Source of the DNA: Pachysolen tannophilus NRRL Y-2460
Lineage: Eukaryota
Direction of reading: 5' to 3'
DNA length: 64,000 nt
Assembly: GCA_001661245.1 (NCBI GenBank)
Contig: KV454012.1
Location: forward strand, 1,260,848 to 1,324,847
The position numbers and the translations under genes are program-made. Below, piece by piece: positions 1-10,978 of this stretch. Numbering within the stretch: the stretch's first letter is position 1; each line of letters begins with the position of its first letter. The notes beneath the pieces are model-generated. The model did not search any database, was not told the DNA's origin, and worked only from the letters and a program-made list of their open reading frames with translations.

Positions 1-138
1 TATAAATTAGACTTTTGCTGAAAAGTTAGACCTTTTCTATTTTGGGCAATTGTTCCCTTTTATAAGTGTTAACAGATTAACTGTTTGATTTGCTTTCTAG
101 AAGATCATTTTTAATTTGAACCAGTCCATCATTTAAGT

Positions 139-169
<31 letters not shown>

Positions 170-642
170 TCTCGATAATCATAAGGGATTAGTATATTGT
201 TGTTTAATATTTGTACTGTGTTAAAATTTGATTTTCATTTTATTGGTTTTGTTGTGAAATATAATTTACATGTTACCTTGAGCAATAATGTCATTTTAGA
301 TTTTAAAGATAAGATAACCAATTCACTAAGAAGGAATTTTAATTGAAAGATTCTTGTTTATTATAAATATATTTTCAATTATCAAAAATCAATATTATTA
401 TTATCAGCAGGTTTTTTTTTTATGTGAGATGCTGCCTTATAATTTTCGAAATTTCAAATTACAATCCCTTATAAAGGATTTAATAGTATTTAATTCTCCG
501 TGGTTAATGATTCTTATGGTTAAAGATTTATTAAATTATTTTAGTCTGCATAAAAAGAGTAAGTTTTAAGAGTTTAATAGTTTTTCAGTTTTCTTCTTCA
601 TTAAGAGAATCATTCATGGATTTTTACTAACAGTTTTTGTAA

Positions 643-946
643 ATGGGTGAAGCATCAGTTGTTGGCTTTTCTGGTATATTAACACGATTGATCTCGCATG
701 GTTGGTTATCCAACATTATTGGGTTGATCCTGTAAGTTTTTATCAAATTAAAAAATTAATACTTATAAAAGTCTTACTCCTTATTAATAAAGATTACTAA
801 CTTTTCCTTTTTTTAGTTTATCTGCTTATATTGGAGCTGCTTTGTTTATTGTTATTTACTTGATAATTTTTTACTCAATGTGCTTATACCAATCTGTTGG
901 CCAAAAATGGATTGTTGTTAAAAAATTTATAGACCAATTGCTCTGA
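643..946 (+). CDS. Predicted spliced small membrane protein (exons 643..731 and 817..946; 72 aa, 5' end uncertain)
   Basis: Intron GTAAGT (732) ... TACTAAC (795-801) ... TAG (816). The spliced frame reads MGEASVVGFSGILTRLISHGWLSNIIGLILLSAYIGAALFIVIYLIIFYSMCLYQSVGQKWIVVKKFIDQLL. A second GTAAGT (559) with TACTAAC (625-631) lies upstream. No family recognised. Confidence 0.5.
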
Positions 947-1142
947 GTTTAAAAAGAGTTTGCTAATTTTTTTTTTTTTTCTTTTCAAAAAAAGTTGATT
1001 TGTATTGCTTGTAATGAACTTTTCATTTTAGTTCTTTTTCTCTTTCTAGACTCGTTGATTTCACTTTTTTTTTTTATTATTATTATTATTCAATTATATA
1101 TGTATCTTACCCAGATAGAATTTTGAAATTGGTAAAGCCAAA

Positions 1143-1175
<33 letters not shown>

Positions 1176-1229
1176 AAGTTAAATAGTTTTAACAGAGTTC
1201 CCAACTTATATTATGATATTAAATTATTA

Positions 1230-2279
1230 TTATTTTATTCTTGAACTTTCCCACATTTTTTCTAAACTTTTTTTGAAAACACAAACATTATGATCGATTA
1301 TTGATAATTGAGTTTTAACATTATCATCAATTTCCTTTTGAGATAAATTTGAAGTATCACCATTATCAATTCTAACTAAAGCTACTAATGCTAAACCTCT
1401 TATCATTTGATGTAAATATAAAATTGTTCCATTTTTCAATTTTGAAATACATTTTATTGGTTTATTATTTTTATCTTCTAATAATAATTTTTCCAGTCCA
1501 GTTTCATATAAACCATCTAAATCTATTGTAACATCAATAAATTCTGCACAAACTTCATAAGTTTGAATATCAACTGGAGAAGAATCTGTTGCAACATAAA
1601 TTTTAGAATTTATATCAAAAAGAAAAATTTTTTCAAATTTATTATATTGTATAAGTAAATCTAATAAATTTTCTAATGCTGGAAGTTCAAAAATTAATTT
1701 TTGAATTATTCTTGAAAAAGCTTCATAAATTGAATGATCAAAAATTGAAGTTAAATAAAATGAAACTTGAACACCTTCTAATCCTAAATCTAATAATTCA
1801 TCTCCAACTCTTTGCATAATATCTCTTTGTGTATCCATTCTAAAATCTTCAGATAATCCATCAATTTTATGAATTAATACTTCAATATGTATTTTTGGAT
1901 TTATTCTATAAGCATATTCAACAATCATAGAAACATTAGTCAAAGCATTTAAATATTCATCTTGAGAATCAATAACATAAACTAATGCACCAATTGATGA
2001 AAATAATTTTTCAGAATCATAAAAATTTGAAGGTTCAAAAAAATTTAATTGTCCAGGAAGTTCCATAACTGCAAGATCAATTAAAGATTTAAATTCTTCC
2101 TTTGTAGGTTTTGAAGTACTTTCCAAATATAACGTATCCAATGGCTGCATATTATGGAAAACAACTTTACAAATAGATGATTTCCCACATCGCCTTAACC
2201 CCATCAATAAAATAGTAGCTTTATTATCTTTATTTATAAGATCGCTTGCTGATTGCATTAACTGATTACTTTGATCCAT
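1230..2279 (-). CDS. GTR2: Rag GTPase Gtr2 (RagC/D), EGO/TORC1 signalling
   Basis: LLMGLRRCGKSSICKVVFHNMQPLDTLYLEST P-loop, ELPGQ, HKIDGL and TSIFDHSIYEAFS motifs. Confidence 0.96.
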   Translation of the reverse strand: MDQSNQLMQSASDLINKDNKATILLMGLRRCGKSSICKVVFHNMQPLDTLYLESTSKPTKEEFKSLIDLAVMELPGQLNFFEPSNFYDSEKLFSSIGALVYVIDSQDEYLNALTNVSMIVEYAYRINPKIHIEVLIHKIDGLSEDFRMDTQRDIMQRVGDELLDLGLEGVQVSFYLTSIFDHSIYEAFSRIIQKLIFELPALENLLDLLIQYNKFEKIFLFDINSKIYVATDSSPVDIQTYEVCAEFIDVTIDLDGLYETGLEKLLLEDKNNKPIKCISKLKNGTILYLHQMIRGLALVALVRIDNGDTSNLSQKEIDDNVKTQLSIIDHNVCVFKKSLEKMWESSRIK

Positions 2280-2686
2280 CTTTTAACCCAAAAAAACAAA
2301 AACCAAAAAAACAAAGAATAAAGAAAAAGAATTAAATATGATGAATATTTCAAAATAATTTAATTTATTAAAGTATATACCAGCTGTTATAAATTAACTA
2401 AATTAAAATATAATATATATATATATAAACTACATTGGTATTATTGATATTGACCTTTAAGTTTTTTCTTTTTCTTTTTTGCCTGTTTTTCATATTACAT
2501 TTTTCTATCTGAAGACATATAAATTTCCGCCTAAATTTTCCCCCGTCCAACCGCCCAAAGTTTTAGCGGGAACTTCCCGCCCAAAAAAAACTATTGACAC
2601 GTGCATTTACTTTAAAAGTTGGCAGATACGTTTTGTCACTTTTCTGTCACTTCTTGTCACTTTTTTTGTCACTTTTTTTTTGTGCA

Positions 2687-2696
2687 TTTTCACATG
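2687..2696. promoter_or_regulatory. ICRE/UAS-INO-like element upstream of CHO2
   Basis: TTTTCACATG matches WYTTCAYRTG, about 430 bp upstream of a phospholipid methyltransferase. A CACGTG E-box also lies at 2598-2603. Confidence 0.45.
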
Positions 2697-3121
2697 CTCC
2701 GAAAATTAAAAAAATTTAAAAAAAAATACCCCGGAATTTGAAGGTGGTTTTAGTAGGTGAGTTTAGGCAGGCCTCGGCCGAGACCCCGAAGGAAGAACAA
2801 AACATATTTTTTTCTTTTTTTTTTTATCTAATCTTTCCGCCTGATTACAAGGGCCTGCCCGCCTAAATTCTCCTGCTCTGCCGAATATTATTAGTCAAAT
2901 GTTGTTGAAAAAAAAAAGTGTAAGGGCTCTCTGCGGAGGCGAAGAGCAGGTAAATAGGCCGCAAAATAGGCAGAGACGGTGGATGTCCCAACAAAAGATA
3001 ATATTATATTTCAATTAGATTTATATATATATAGTTGAAATGGGTACTTTACAATATTATTAATAAAAATTTAATAATCTATATATATTTGTTGGTTATT
3101 TTATAAATTGAAATTTGAGTT

Positions 3122-5836
3122 ATGAATGTGAGGATGGAATTAGAAAAAGGTGAAGATTTTAAAAGTGATTGTGAAATCAAGCATTCAATTGGTAAAACTT
3201 ATGATGATGAGATATTTGATATACCAGAGACTTTTGATATGATTAGGTCATTATTTGATCCTACGGTGAATAAACTGATTACTGATTATTTAATTATTAT
3301 GTCATTAATTGTGAATTGTTTAATTTTTTATTATAATTATAAAAATGATCATATGAATTATAATAAAATTATTTTCATTTGTCTTTATATATTTTGGAGA
3401 CTTTCATATAATCTTGGATTAGGTTATTTACTTTATAAACAATCAAATGAAAATTCTTTAACTATTTGGTTTAAAAATTATTTAAATAATTCAAAAATTA
3501 TTAATCGTATCTTAAAGAAGAAAATAGGTTTTTATTTAAAGGAAAAAGAAGTTCCAATAGCATTTAAAACATGGTTAATTTTTAGAAATTTAGTTGATTT
3601 AATATTGATGAATGATTTTACTACATATATGTTATTAGTTTTATCATGTTCTTCATCATCAATTGATTTAAATAATCCAATTTTGACATTAATAAGATGG
3701 TCTTTAGGAATTTTTTGTTTCATATTTAATTTAATTGTTAAATTAAATGCACATAAAATTGTTAAAGATTATGCATGGTATTGGGGAGATTTTTTTTATA
3801 GATTAGCTGATAATAAAGAATTAATCTTTGATGGTGTATTTGATTTGGCTCCACATCCAATGTATTCTATTGGTTATGCTGGTTATTATGGATTTGCACT
3901 TATGACAAAGAGTTATACAATTTTATTCATATCTATTTTTGGTCATATTTGTCAACTTTTATTTTTGAAAATTGTAGAAACTCCTCATATTGAAAAAATT
4001 TATGGTGACCCTTCTGCTGGTGATAGTTCAAATCATCAATTTATTATGAAAAGAGATGATGATGTATTCGATGGTGATAAACCTTTGTTAATTTTTAATA
4101 ATTTCAAAATTATTAGATCAACTGATTGGTTAACTTTAATTATGTCATTCTTATTATTATTAATAGGTATTTCTATATGGCTGGAAACTCCCTTGTATTG
4201 GTTAACTTTATTAATAACTATGGGCTCAAATTTAATTATTATTTCCATATTATATTTCCAAAGTAATTTTAAATCATTTACCTTAATGAACTTAAAAGCT
4301 AATGAAGGAATTATTGAATTAAATAGTACAGAAGATATTGAAATTTCAGCTTTTAAAAATTGGTCAATCTTGTACAATAATTTGATTGTTATCAAATATA
4401 CATCAATTTTTGCATTAGCTTTAAGAAAATTAATAGATGGCAAATTGTTTAAAGATAATTATTGGGTCCCATTAAGAATTTCAATATGTATTGTATTTAT
4501 TATGTCTCAATATTTGATGAATCAAGGAATAATTGATTCAATTGGAAAATTTGGTTGGTTCTACGGTGATTTCTTTATGATATCTTCAATTACAAAACAT
4601 AAATATGTTAATAAGACATTATCAAGATCTGGAATTTATCATTTTTTAAATCAACCTGAAAGAATTAGTTCCTTATTGACTATTTATGGTCTAGCAATTT
4701 TATTCAACTCTTCTCAATTTTTAATCATTTCAATCATGTGGACTTTTTCAAATATAATCTTGTTGAGCTTTATTGAAAGACAACATATGATCAAAATTTA
4801 TGGTGAAAGCAACGTTCTCCAAAAATCAGGTGTTTCTAAATCTTTAAAGCAGTTATTCATTCCAAAACCTGTTCAAGGTAAAATTGATCATATTGGTGGA
4901 TCTATGGATAAAATTATTGATGATACATCTAAGATTGTTAATGAATTTATCAGGACTAGAAAATTTAGTAATGAGAATTTAGTAGATCCAAATCAAGATC
5001 ATTTCAAATTGATCAGAAGTAATTCTCATTCAAAATTGACTATTATCAGAGATAATTATAAAGCTAATTCCTCCCCAGAAGATGCAATTCTTGAAGAAAA
5101 TGAAGATGAAGAAGAAGCATTGTTAGAAGAGGATAAATCAAAATCGACTGTTGTGGAGCTACTAAATTATTCAAAAGATACACAAAATTTAACTTATTAT
5201 TATAATATAGGTGATCCAATAAGACTGAGTTGGAAATCACCTACAAATACTTCCAAGTCTTGGATCGGTTTATATAAGATATTATCAACTTCTAAATCAA
5301 GATTGACTACGTTGATTTCTTCATCAAACTACTGGGTGGGTTTGCATAAAGATGGATATGATGAAGAATTTAGGAAAAAATTTGTTATTGAGGAGAATAA
5401 AGACAATGGAATTATTGAATTTTCTGGAAATTTATTATATCATGAACCTGGTATTTATGAGTTGAGATATTATAATGATCTGTCACATGATGTTGGATAT
5501 ATCACTGAGCCTTTTGAAATAAGAATACCAAAATTGGTTATTCCTAAGGCCGATGCGGATATTCCACATTTCAACAATCAATTGTTAAATAAAATATTCA
5601 ACAAATTAATTGTAAACCCTGAAAAAAAGCTAAAAGATATAAATGATTCCTTGAATTATAAAAATGCCATCAATGATAAGAAATTCTTGGGGAAATTAGT
5701 CCAAACTCTTTCTTCAAGTATTGATTATAAAATAAGCGTAAACTTAATTTTAAAATCTAAAAATTTAAATGATTTGGGCTCAAAGATAATTGAAATTAAA
5801 AAACTAGTTGATGGCTTAACCAACGATAATATTTAA
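3122..5836 (+). CDS. CHO2: Phosphatidylethanolamine N-methyltransferase
   Basis: IFDIPETFDM, VKDYAWYWGDFF, FDGVFDLAPHPMYSIGYAGYYG, second GWFYGDFF repeat, multiple transmembrane segments. Confidence 0.95.
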   Translation: MNVRMELEKGEDFKSDCEIKHSIGKTYDDEIFDIPETFDMIRSLFDPTVNKLITDYLIIMSLIVNCLIFYYNYKNDHMNYNKIIFICLYIFWRLSYNLGLGYLLYKQSNENSLTIWFKNYLNNSKIINRILKKKIGFYLKEKEVPIAFKTWLIFRNLVDLILMNDFTTYMLLVLSCSSSSIDLNNPILTLIRWSLGIFCFIFNLIVKLNAHKIVKDYAWYWGDFFYRLADNKELIFDGVFDLAPHPMYSIGYAGYYGFALMTKSYTILFISIFGHICQLLFLKIVETPHIEKIYGDPSAGDSSNHQFIMKRDDDVFDGDKPLLIFNNFKIIRSTDWLTLIMSFLLLLIGISIWLETPLYWLTLLITMGSNLIIISILYFQSNFKSFTLMNLKANEGIIELNSTEDIEISAFKNWSILYNNLIVIKYTSIFALALRKLIDGKLFKDNYWVPLRISICIVFIMSQYLMNQGIIDSIGKFGWFYGDFFMISSITKHKYVNKTLSRSGIYHFLNQPERISSLLTIYGLAILFNSSQFLIISIMWTFSNIILLSFIERQHMIKIYGESNVLQKSGVSKSLKQLFIPKPVQGKIDHIGGSMDKIIDDTSKIVNEFIRTRKFSNENLVDPNQDHFKLIRSNSHSKLTIIRDNYKANSSPEDAILEENEDEEEALLEEDKSKSTVVELLNYSKDTQNLTYYYNIGDPIRLSWKSPTNTSKSWIGLYKILSTSKSRLTTLISSSNYWVGLHKDGYDEEFRKKFVIEENKDNGIIEFSGNLLYHEPGIYELRYYNDLSHDVGYITEPFEIRIPKLVIPKADADIPHFNNQLLNKIFNKLIVNPEKKLKDINDSLNYKNAINDKKFLGKLVQTLSSSIDYKISVNLILKSKNLNDLGSKIIEIKKLVDGLTNDNI

Positions 5837-5946
5837 CGAAGTTCAGAAAAGCTTTTGCATTTTGTTATATATCTTATTTGTTATAGAGATCAGAATTTTA
5901 TATAGTGTTAAATTAATTCTAAAAAAAAAAAAAAAAAATACTATTA

Positions 5947-6798
5947 TTATTCTAATGATTCTATTAAGTAGAAATTGATATTCTTTCTAATTTCCTTTGA
6001 CATATCATTACACCTTTCAATCAATTTTTCCAATACATCATCTTCTAAAGTATCATTTCCTTCACACCAAAAACCAACAATTTCATCATTCCTACTATTC
6101 ATAAAGCTAACCACTAAATCTAATTTTCCTTCTTCAACAACTTCATTAGTAATATCTTTATCTTTATCTTTACACTTTGGGTCCATAATTATATGATTAT
6201 TCGATTTTAAATATCTCAAATTTCCACTGGTTATCAAGTCTTTAGATTCTATTTGAGCATCTACCATTGCTAATGAACAACAATGTACAACATCGTTAAC
6301 TAAGTTTAATAAATTTGTATCCACCGATAAAATCTTAATAAAAATATCGATTGACGATTTTGGATAATTTTCAAGATATATACAACTCAAGAAACAACTT
6401 TCAATATATGATGATATTTTTTGTTCAATATTAGACAAATTTAATTTCCCATTATAATTTGTTATTAGGCTAGTTGAAGATGTTAAACGGGAAATGGAAT
6501 CATTCGGTTGGCTCAAATACGGTAAAAATCTACATTCCGTCGAAAGAATGGCCTTATCTATAAATGAACCCCTTATAGGTCTCGGTCCATAAATAGATAC
6601 TTGAATTATCGTATTACCAACCTCTATATATGCAGATCCATCACAATTCTTAACCAAGCCTGTATTTATGAACATCTTACTTATCTCATCATCTGGTTTT
6701 GCTTGAATTTTCTTCGATTTTTTTTCTTTTACATCGCTAAAGACTATTGGACTAGCATTTGCCGGACCTAATAATCTTCTCCTATCTTGAACATTCAT
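5947..6798 (-). CDS. MTR3: RNA exosome RNase PH-like subunit Mtr3
   Basis: N-terminus MNVQDRRRLLGP, GSAYIE, YGPRPIRGSF, YPKSSIDIF; convergent with CHO2 as in S. cerevisiae. Confidence 0.92.
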   Translation of the reverse strand: MNVQDRRRLLGPANASPIVFSDVKEKKSKKIQAKPDDEISKMFINTGLVKNCDGSAYIEVGNTIIQVSIYGPRPIRGSFIDKAILSTECRFLPYLSQPNDSISRLTSSTSLITNYNGKLNLSNIEQKISSYIESCFLSCIYLENYPKSSIDIFIKILSVDTNLLNLVNDVVHCCSLAMVDAQIESKDLITSGNLRYLKSNNHIIMDPKCKDKDKDITNEVVEEGKLDLVVSFMNSRNDEIVGFWCEGNDTLEDDVLEKLIERCNDMSKEIRKNINFYLIESLE

Positions 6799-6964
6799 TT
6801 TAATTACCGTAATTTACTATATTATATATATAAGATTGTTTCTTTTCTTCTCTATCTATGCAAAAAATTTTATTATTTATTTTTCATTTTAATTTTTGTT
6901 GTAATCTACAAACGACTTTTTTTTTCACTTTTTTTTCACTTTTTTTTTCCCAAAAAACACCATT

Positions 6965-9589
6965 TTATTCTTCAATTGTCTCTAACTCCTCCGGTGTATG
7001 GTAACCCAATTCCACTTTAGCTTCTTCCATCTGTTCATTAGAATTTTCCTTACTTGTTGTATAGATATCATCCCCATGGGTCTGCTCTTTGTAGTTGTCA
7101 TCTTTTTTAACATGATTCATGACATGATCGTCACCAGCACTGGACGATGATGGTTCATCTCTTTCTTTATACATGGGGACATAATCAATTACATCGTCTG
7201 CGCTCACTTCACAGTTTGGAATAGGAGGGTGGCTTTCTAAATTTAATAATCTTTCTCTTTCTATTTCCAGTTTATCTGCTTCTTGATGAGCACGTAAAAA
7301 CTCTCTGGAGTCGTGTGACCCAATTTTTCTTAAGGAATCATTGCAGTTATTGATATTAAGTACCGGTAACCCAGCCCCTATATTTGGATTCGATTCTTCG
7401 ATGTTATAATTTGGTTCAGAAGGTAATAATGCTTCTTCTCTTTGCCTTATAAGTTCTTTTTCTGACAAGTTCGGTGGCTCCGAAGGTGACAAGCAGAAAT
7501 ATAAAGGATAATTATTACCATTTTGGGAGGTACTTGACTCAGTACCACGAGTATTGGCATTATTGGCATTATTGCCATTGCTATTATTACCACCATTACT
7601 GTTATTACCACCATTACCTATATCATTACCTATACCATTATGATGAGTATCGGCTCTGTCATAATAAGGATATTGCTCTATTGGAGGAGGTCTTATGTAC
7701 TCTTGAGCATTGCCATTATTTTCAGCGTTTGAAGGTGACTCTGGATCATAATTTGGAGTAGAGTGATTACTACTTGAAAAAACCTCATTGGTACCATTTC
7801 CATTGCTAATACCAATACCATTACCATTACTAATATTACCGTTATGAATAGCCCTACTCTCTTCCTGTTGATTTACATGACGAATATGGGGAACATGCTT
7901 TTTCCTATAGGTACCAATAATAACTTCCGTATTCAACGTTAAAACATTTTTCATTCTTTTCAATTTATCAACATTGAAAATATTTGCTGGTACTATTTGG
8001 CTCTGATCTGTAGAATTTGAAAGTGGTATATTTTGGAGTAATCCATTATTTGTCATGATGTCACCATTGCCATTATTATTTTGACTATTAATATTATTAG
8101 TCCCATTATTACCCTTTATAACATTTTTCAATTGTCCAGAAGTACCACTATTGATATTTGTAGCACTGAACACTATATCGTCTAAGTTTTCATCATCACG
8201 AACTGCTTCAGATTGTTGATTAACAGATGATAGTGATTTATTATTCGACAAATTTGCTATGACTTCAATAAAATATTGAAATGATACCATATTACAACCA
8301 ACAATTGTAGGGAAAACATCTGCAGGTATTCTTAAAGAGGAAGAAACTTCAGTTTTAAAAGTTGTTGGATCAACAAACAATGGTATTATAGTTTGAGACA
8401 AATCTTTTCTAAAATTTTGAACTGGACCATCTGGAGCAAAATCAACTTTACATATTCTTATCAAAGTTATTATTATACCACTGGTATTTTGGACACGTTT
8501 AATATGTTGAAGACTTATTTTTACTGGAATTAATTCACCTCTAAGATACCCTAAACTAGGTACTTCCACGCTTAATTTTATAATTGATTTACTAGGAGGA
8601 GACAGAGAACGTAGTCGTTGATTCTGTTGATGCTGTTGTTGCTGCTGCTGTTGTTGCTGTTGTTGATGTTGATGCTGGTGATGATGATGATGATGATGAT
8701 TTGACTGTGGTGGCTGTGGTGGTGAGGATGGAACTGAGTATTGCGGTGTTAAGTGTGATGGTGATTGATGTTGTTGTGAAAGTTGAACTGGTGTTCCTGA
8801 CAGTGATGAGGAAGGATCTAAAAGAGAATTATCATTATCATAATTTTTAGGTGAATCATTGGGTGTCATAATTTCAGGGGATGTTATGGATGTTCCTGAG
8901 GAATTTGCAGTTGATGTATTAGTGGATGGTACTTTAATTAATTTCTTATTTGGATATTTAACTACCAAAGTTTTAATTTTTGGTAAGGGTAAATTTGATA
9001 CATTTATCGGTTGTACAATATTTAACAATTTTTCACATTTTAAAATAGATTTTGTATCAGGATCTTTTAAAAATTGTTGATGTTGTTCTAAACTATGATT
9101 TCCTATTGAAGCTCTTAATAAATAACTTATTGAACCTCTTTCAAAAGATATACTTGTATAAATATTTTTCAGTGGTAATTTAACAACAAATGGAAATCTA
9201 TGTTCTCCTTTTGTCAATCCATTTTCAGGAATTTGAATGTCTTGCTCATCTTCAGTATCATTTCCATTAACATTTATATCATCATTACCATATATGCAAA
9301 TTATATGATCAAATAAATCAGTTTTTCTAGTTCTAAACGATGAGCTAGAAATTGAACTTTTAACTTTAACATAACCCAATAAAGATAAAGTTATAATTAC
9401 ATTCATCAAATTTTTTTTTAAAACTAACACAACTTGACCACTTATTTCATCATTGGGAGTATATGATTTATGAGGATCATCCAATATTATATAAAAATCT
9501 TGAAATGAATTTAAATCTAGTCTCTTGACAACATTTGATCCCAATTTTCTAGTCCTCGAAGTTATCAATCTCGTTACTGCTTTCTTCAT
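6965..9589 (-). CDS. RIM8: Alpha-arrestin Rim8/PalF (ambient pH signalling)
   Basis: Arrestin-N (GEHRFPF, TSISFERGSISY), arrestin-C (GYLRGE, FRKDLSQ, PADVFPTI), C-terminal EKELIRQREEALLPSEP and ERERLLNLESHPP motifs; His/Gln and Asn/Gly low-complexity tracts. Confidence 0.88.
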   Translation of the reverse strand: MKKAVTRLITSRTRKLGSNVVKRLDLNSFQDFYIILDDPHKSYTPNDEISGQVVLVLKKNLMNVIITLSLLGYVKVKSSISSSSFRTRKTDLFDHIICIYGNDDINVNGNDTEDEQDIQIPENGLTKGEHRFPFVVKLPLKNIYTSISFERGSISYLLRASIGNHSLEQHQQFLKDPDTKSILKCEKLLNIVQPINVSNLPLPKIKTLVVKYPNKKLIKVPSTNTSTANSSGTSITSPEIMTPNDSPKNYDNDNSLLDPSSSLSGTPVQLSQQHQSPSHLTPQYSVPSSPPQPPQSNHHHHHHHQHQHQQQQQQQQQQQHQQNQRLRSLSPPSKSIIKLSVEVPSLGYLRGELIPVKISLQHIKRVQNTSGIIITLIRICKVDFAPDGPVQNFRKDLSQTIIPLFVDPTTFKTEVSSSLRIPADVFPTIVGCNMVSFQYFIEVIANLSNNKSLSSVNQQSEAVRDDENLDDIVFSATNINSGTSGQLKNVIKGNNGTNNINSQNNNGNGDIMTNNGLLQNIPLSNSTDQSQIVPANIFNVDKLKRMKNVLTLNTEVIIGTYRKKHVPHIRHVNQQEESRAIHNGNISNGNGIGISNGNGTNEVFSSSNHSTPNYDPESPSNAENNGNAQEYIRPPPIEQYPYYDRADTHHNGIGNDIGNGGNNSNGGNNSNGNNANNANTRGTESSTSQNGNNYPLYFCLSPSEPPNLSEKELIRQREEALLPSEPNYNIEESNPNIGAGLPVLNINNCNDSLRKIGSHDSREFLRAHQEADKLEIERERLLNLESHPPIPNCEVSADDVIDYVPMYKERDEPSSSSAGDDHVMNHVKKDDNYKEQTHGDDIYTTSKENSNEQMEEAKVELGYHTPEELETIEE

Positions 9590-9810
9590 TTAGCGATTGA
9601 AAACAAAGAAGAAAATAACTTGTCAAACTCTTCAATTATGTAACTAACTGATTGACTTATTATTATTATTATTAATTTTATTATTCACCCGCAAAATAAA
9701 ATAAAATTGAAAATAAAAAAAAGTTTGAATTATAGGTTTCCCCTGTTGATGAGGGAGTGAATCTTTTCAGTTCAGAGTTCAAAATAAAAATAAAAAAAAA
9801 AAAAAAAAAA

Positions 9811-10185
9811 NNNNNNNNNNNNNNNNNNNNNNNNNNNNNNNNNNNNNNNNNNNNNNNNNNNNNNNNNNNNNNNNNNNNNNNNNNNNNNNNNNNNNNNNNN
9901 NNNNNNNNNNNNNNNNNNNNNNNNNNNNNNNNNNNNNNNNNNNNNNNNNNNNNNNNNNNNNNNNNNNNNNNNNNNNNNNNNNNNNNNNNNNNNNNNNNNN
10001 NNNNNNNNNNNNNNNNNNNNNNNNNNNNNNNNNNNNNNNNNNNNNNNNNNNNNNNNNNNNNNNNNNNNNNNNNNNNNNNNNNNNNNNNNNNNNNNNNNNN
10101 NNNNNNNNNNNNNNNNNNNNNNNNNNNNNNNNNNNNNNNNNNNNNNNNNNNNNNNNNNNNNNNNNNNNNNNNNNNNNNNNNNNNN
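9811..10185. other. Assembly gap (N run) flanked by poly(A)
   Basis: Continuous Ns. Confidence 0.99.
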
Positions 10186-10187
10186 AA

Positions 10188-10218
<31 letters not shown>

Positions 10219-10978
10219 GATATCAATAGTTTTTTTTATATCTTTTTATATTTGTTTTTATTTTAATTTTTATTTTAATTTTATTTTATTTTTTTTTTTT
10301 TTGGCCTTTCTTCCTTTCTTTCCTTTTGATAAAAGAAGTTATCTAATTTAACAAGCAATAAATTTCTTCTAATGACTTTTATTAAAACAATTTCCCGCAA
10401 AATGATATTACTATATTAAAAGTCTAAGCTTCATATGCAATTTAAAAGTATATATCCGTATCAGATCATTTGATTTTGTACGCACGACAGAAATTATTAA
10501 TTATTATTTATAATTCTAACAGCGGTTAAATTTATATACATATATATGTATATATATAACAAACACCAATTAACTAAAACTACTAATCAATTGTTAATAA
10601 ACTGTTAATTCAAAGTAATTAGGAAACCTAGATTATAAGTCTAATGATACAAACATAATTAAAAAAAATTTAACAAATAAAAAAAAATAAAAAGAAATAA
10701 AATAAAATAATTAAAAAAACTTTTTGTTTAAGAAGAAGAAAAAAACAAACAAAACAAAAAAAACATTTGTTTTAATATTAAAAATGTAAAATATTTTTGT
10801 TTTTGTTTTTTTTTGTTTTTTTTTTCTTAAAAAGCAGAAATATGTGTTTAAATATATATTTATGTATGTGAGTGTGCAAAGTTTTAGTTTTAATTTTCTT
10901 TTCTTTTAATTATTAGGAGGAACAAGATAAGATGAAATCAAAAAAAAAAAAAACAAATGAGCTTTTTTTTTTCTCTCT

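Noticed and set aside
9681..10266. ORFs spanning the N gap (likewise 24181..24600)
   Set aside because: Artefacts of ambiguous bases
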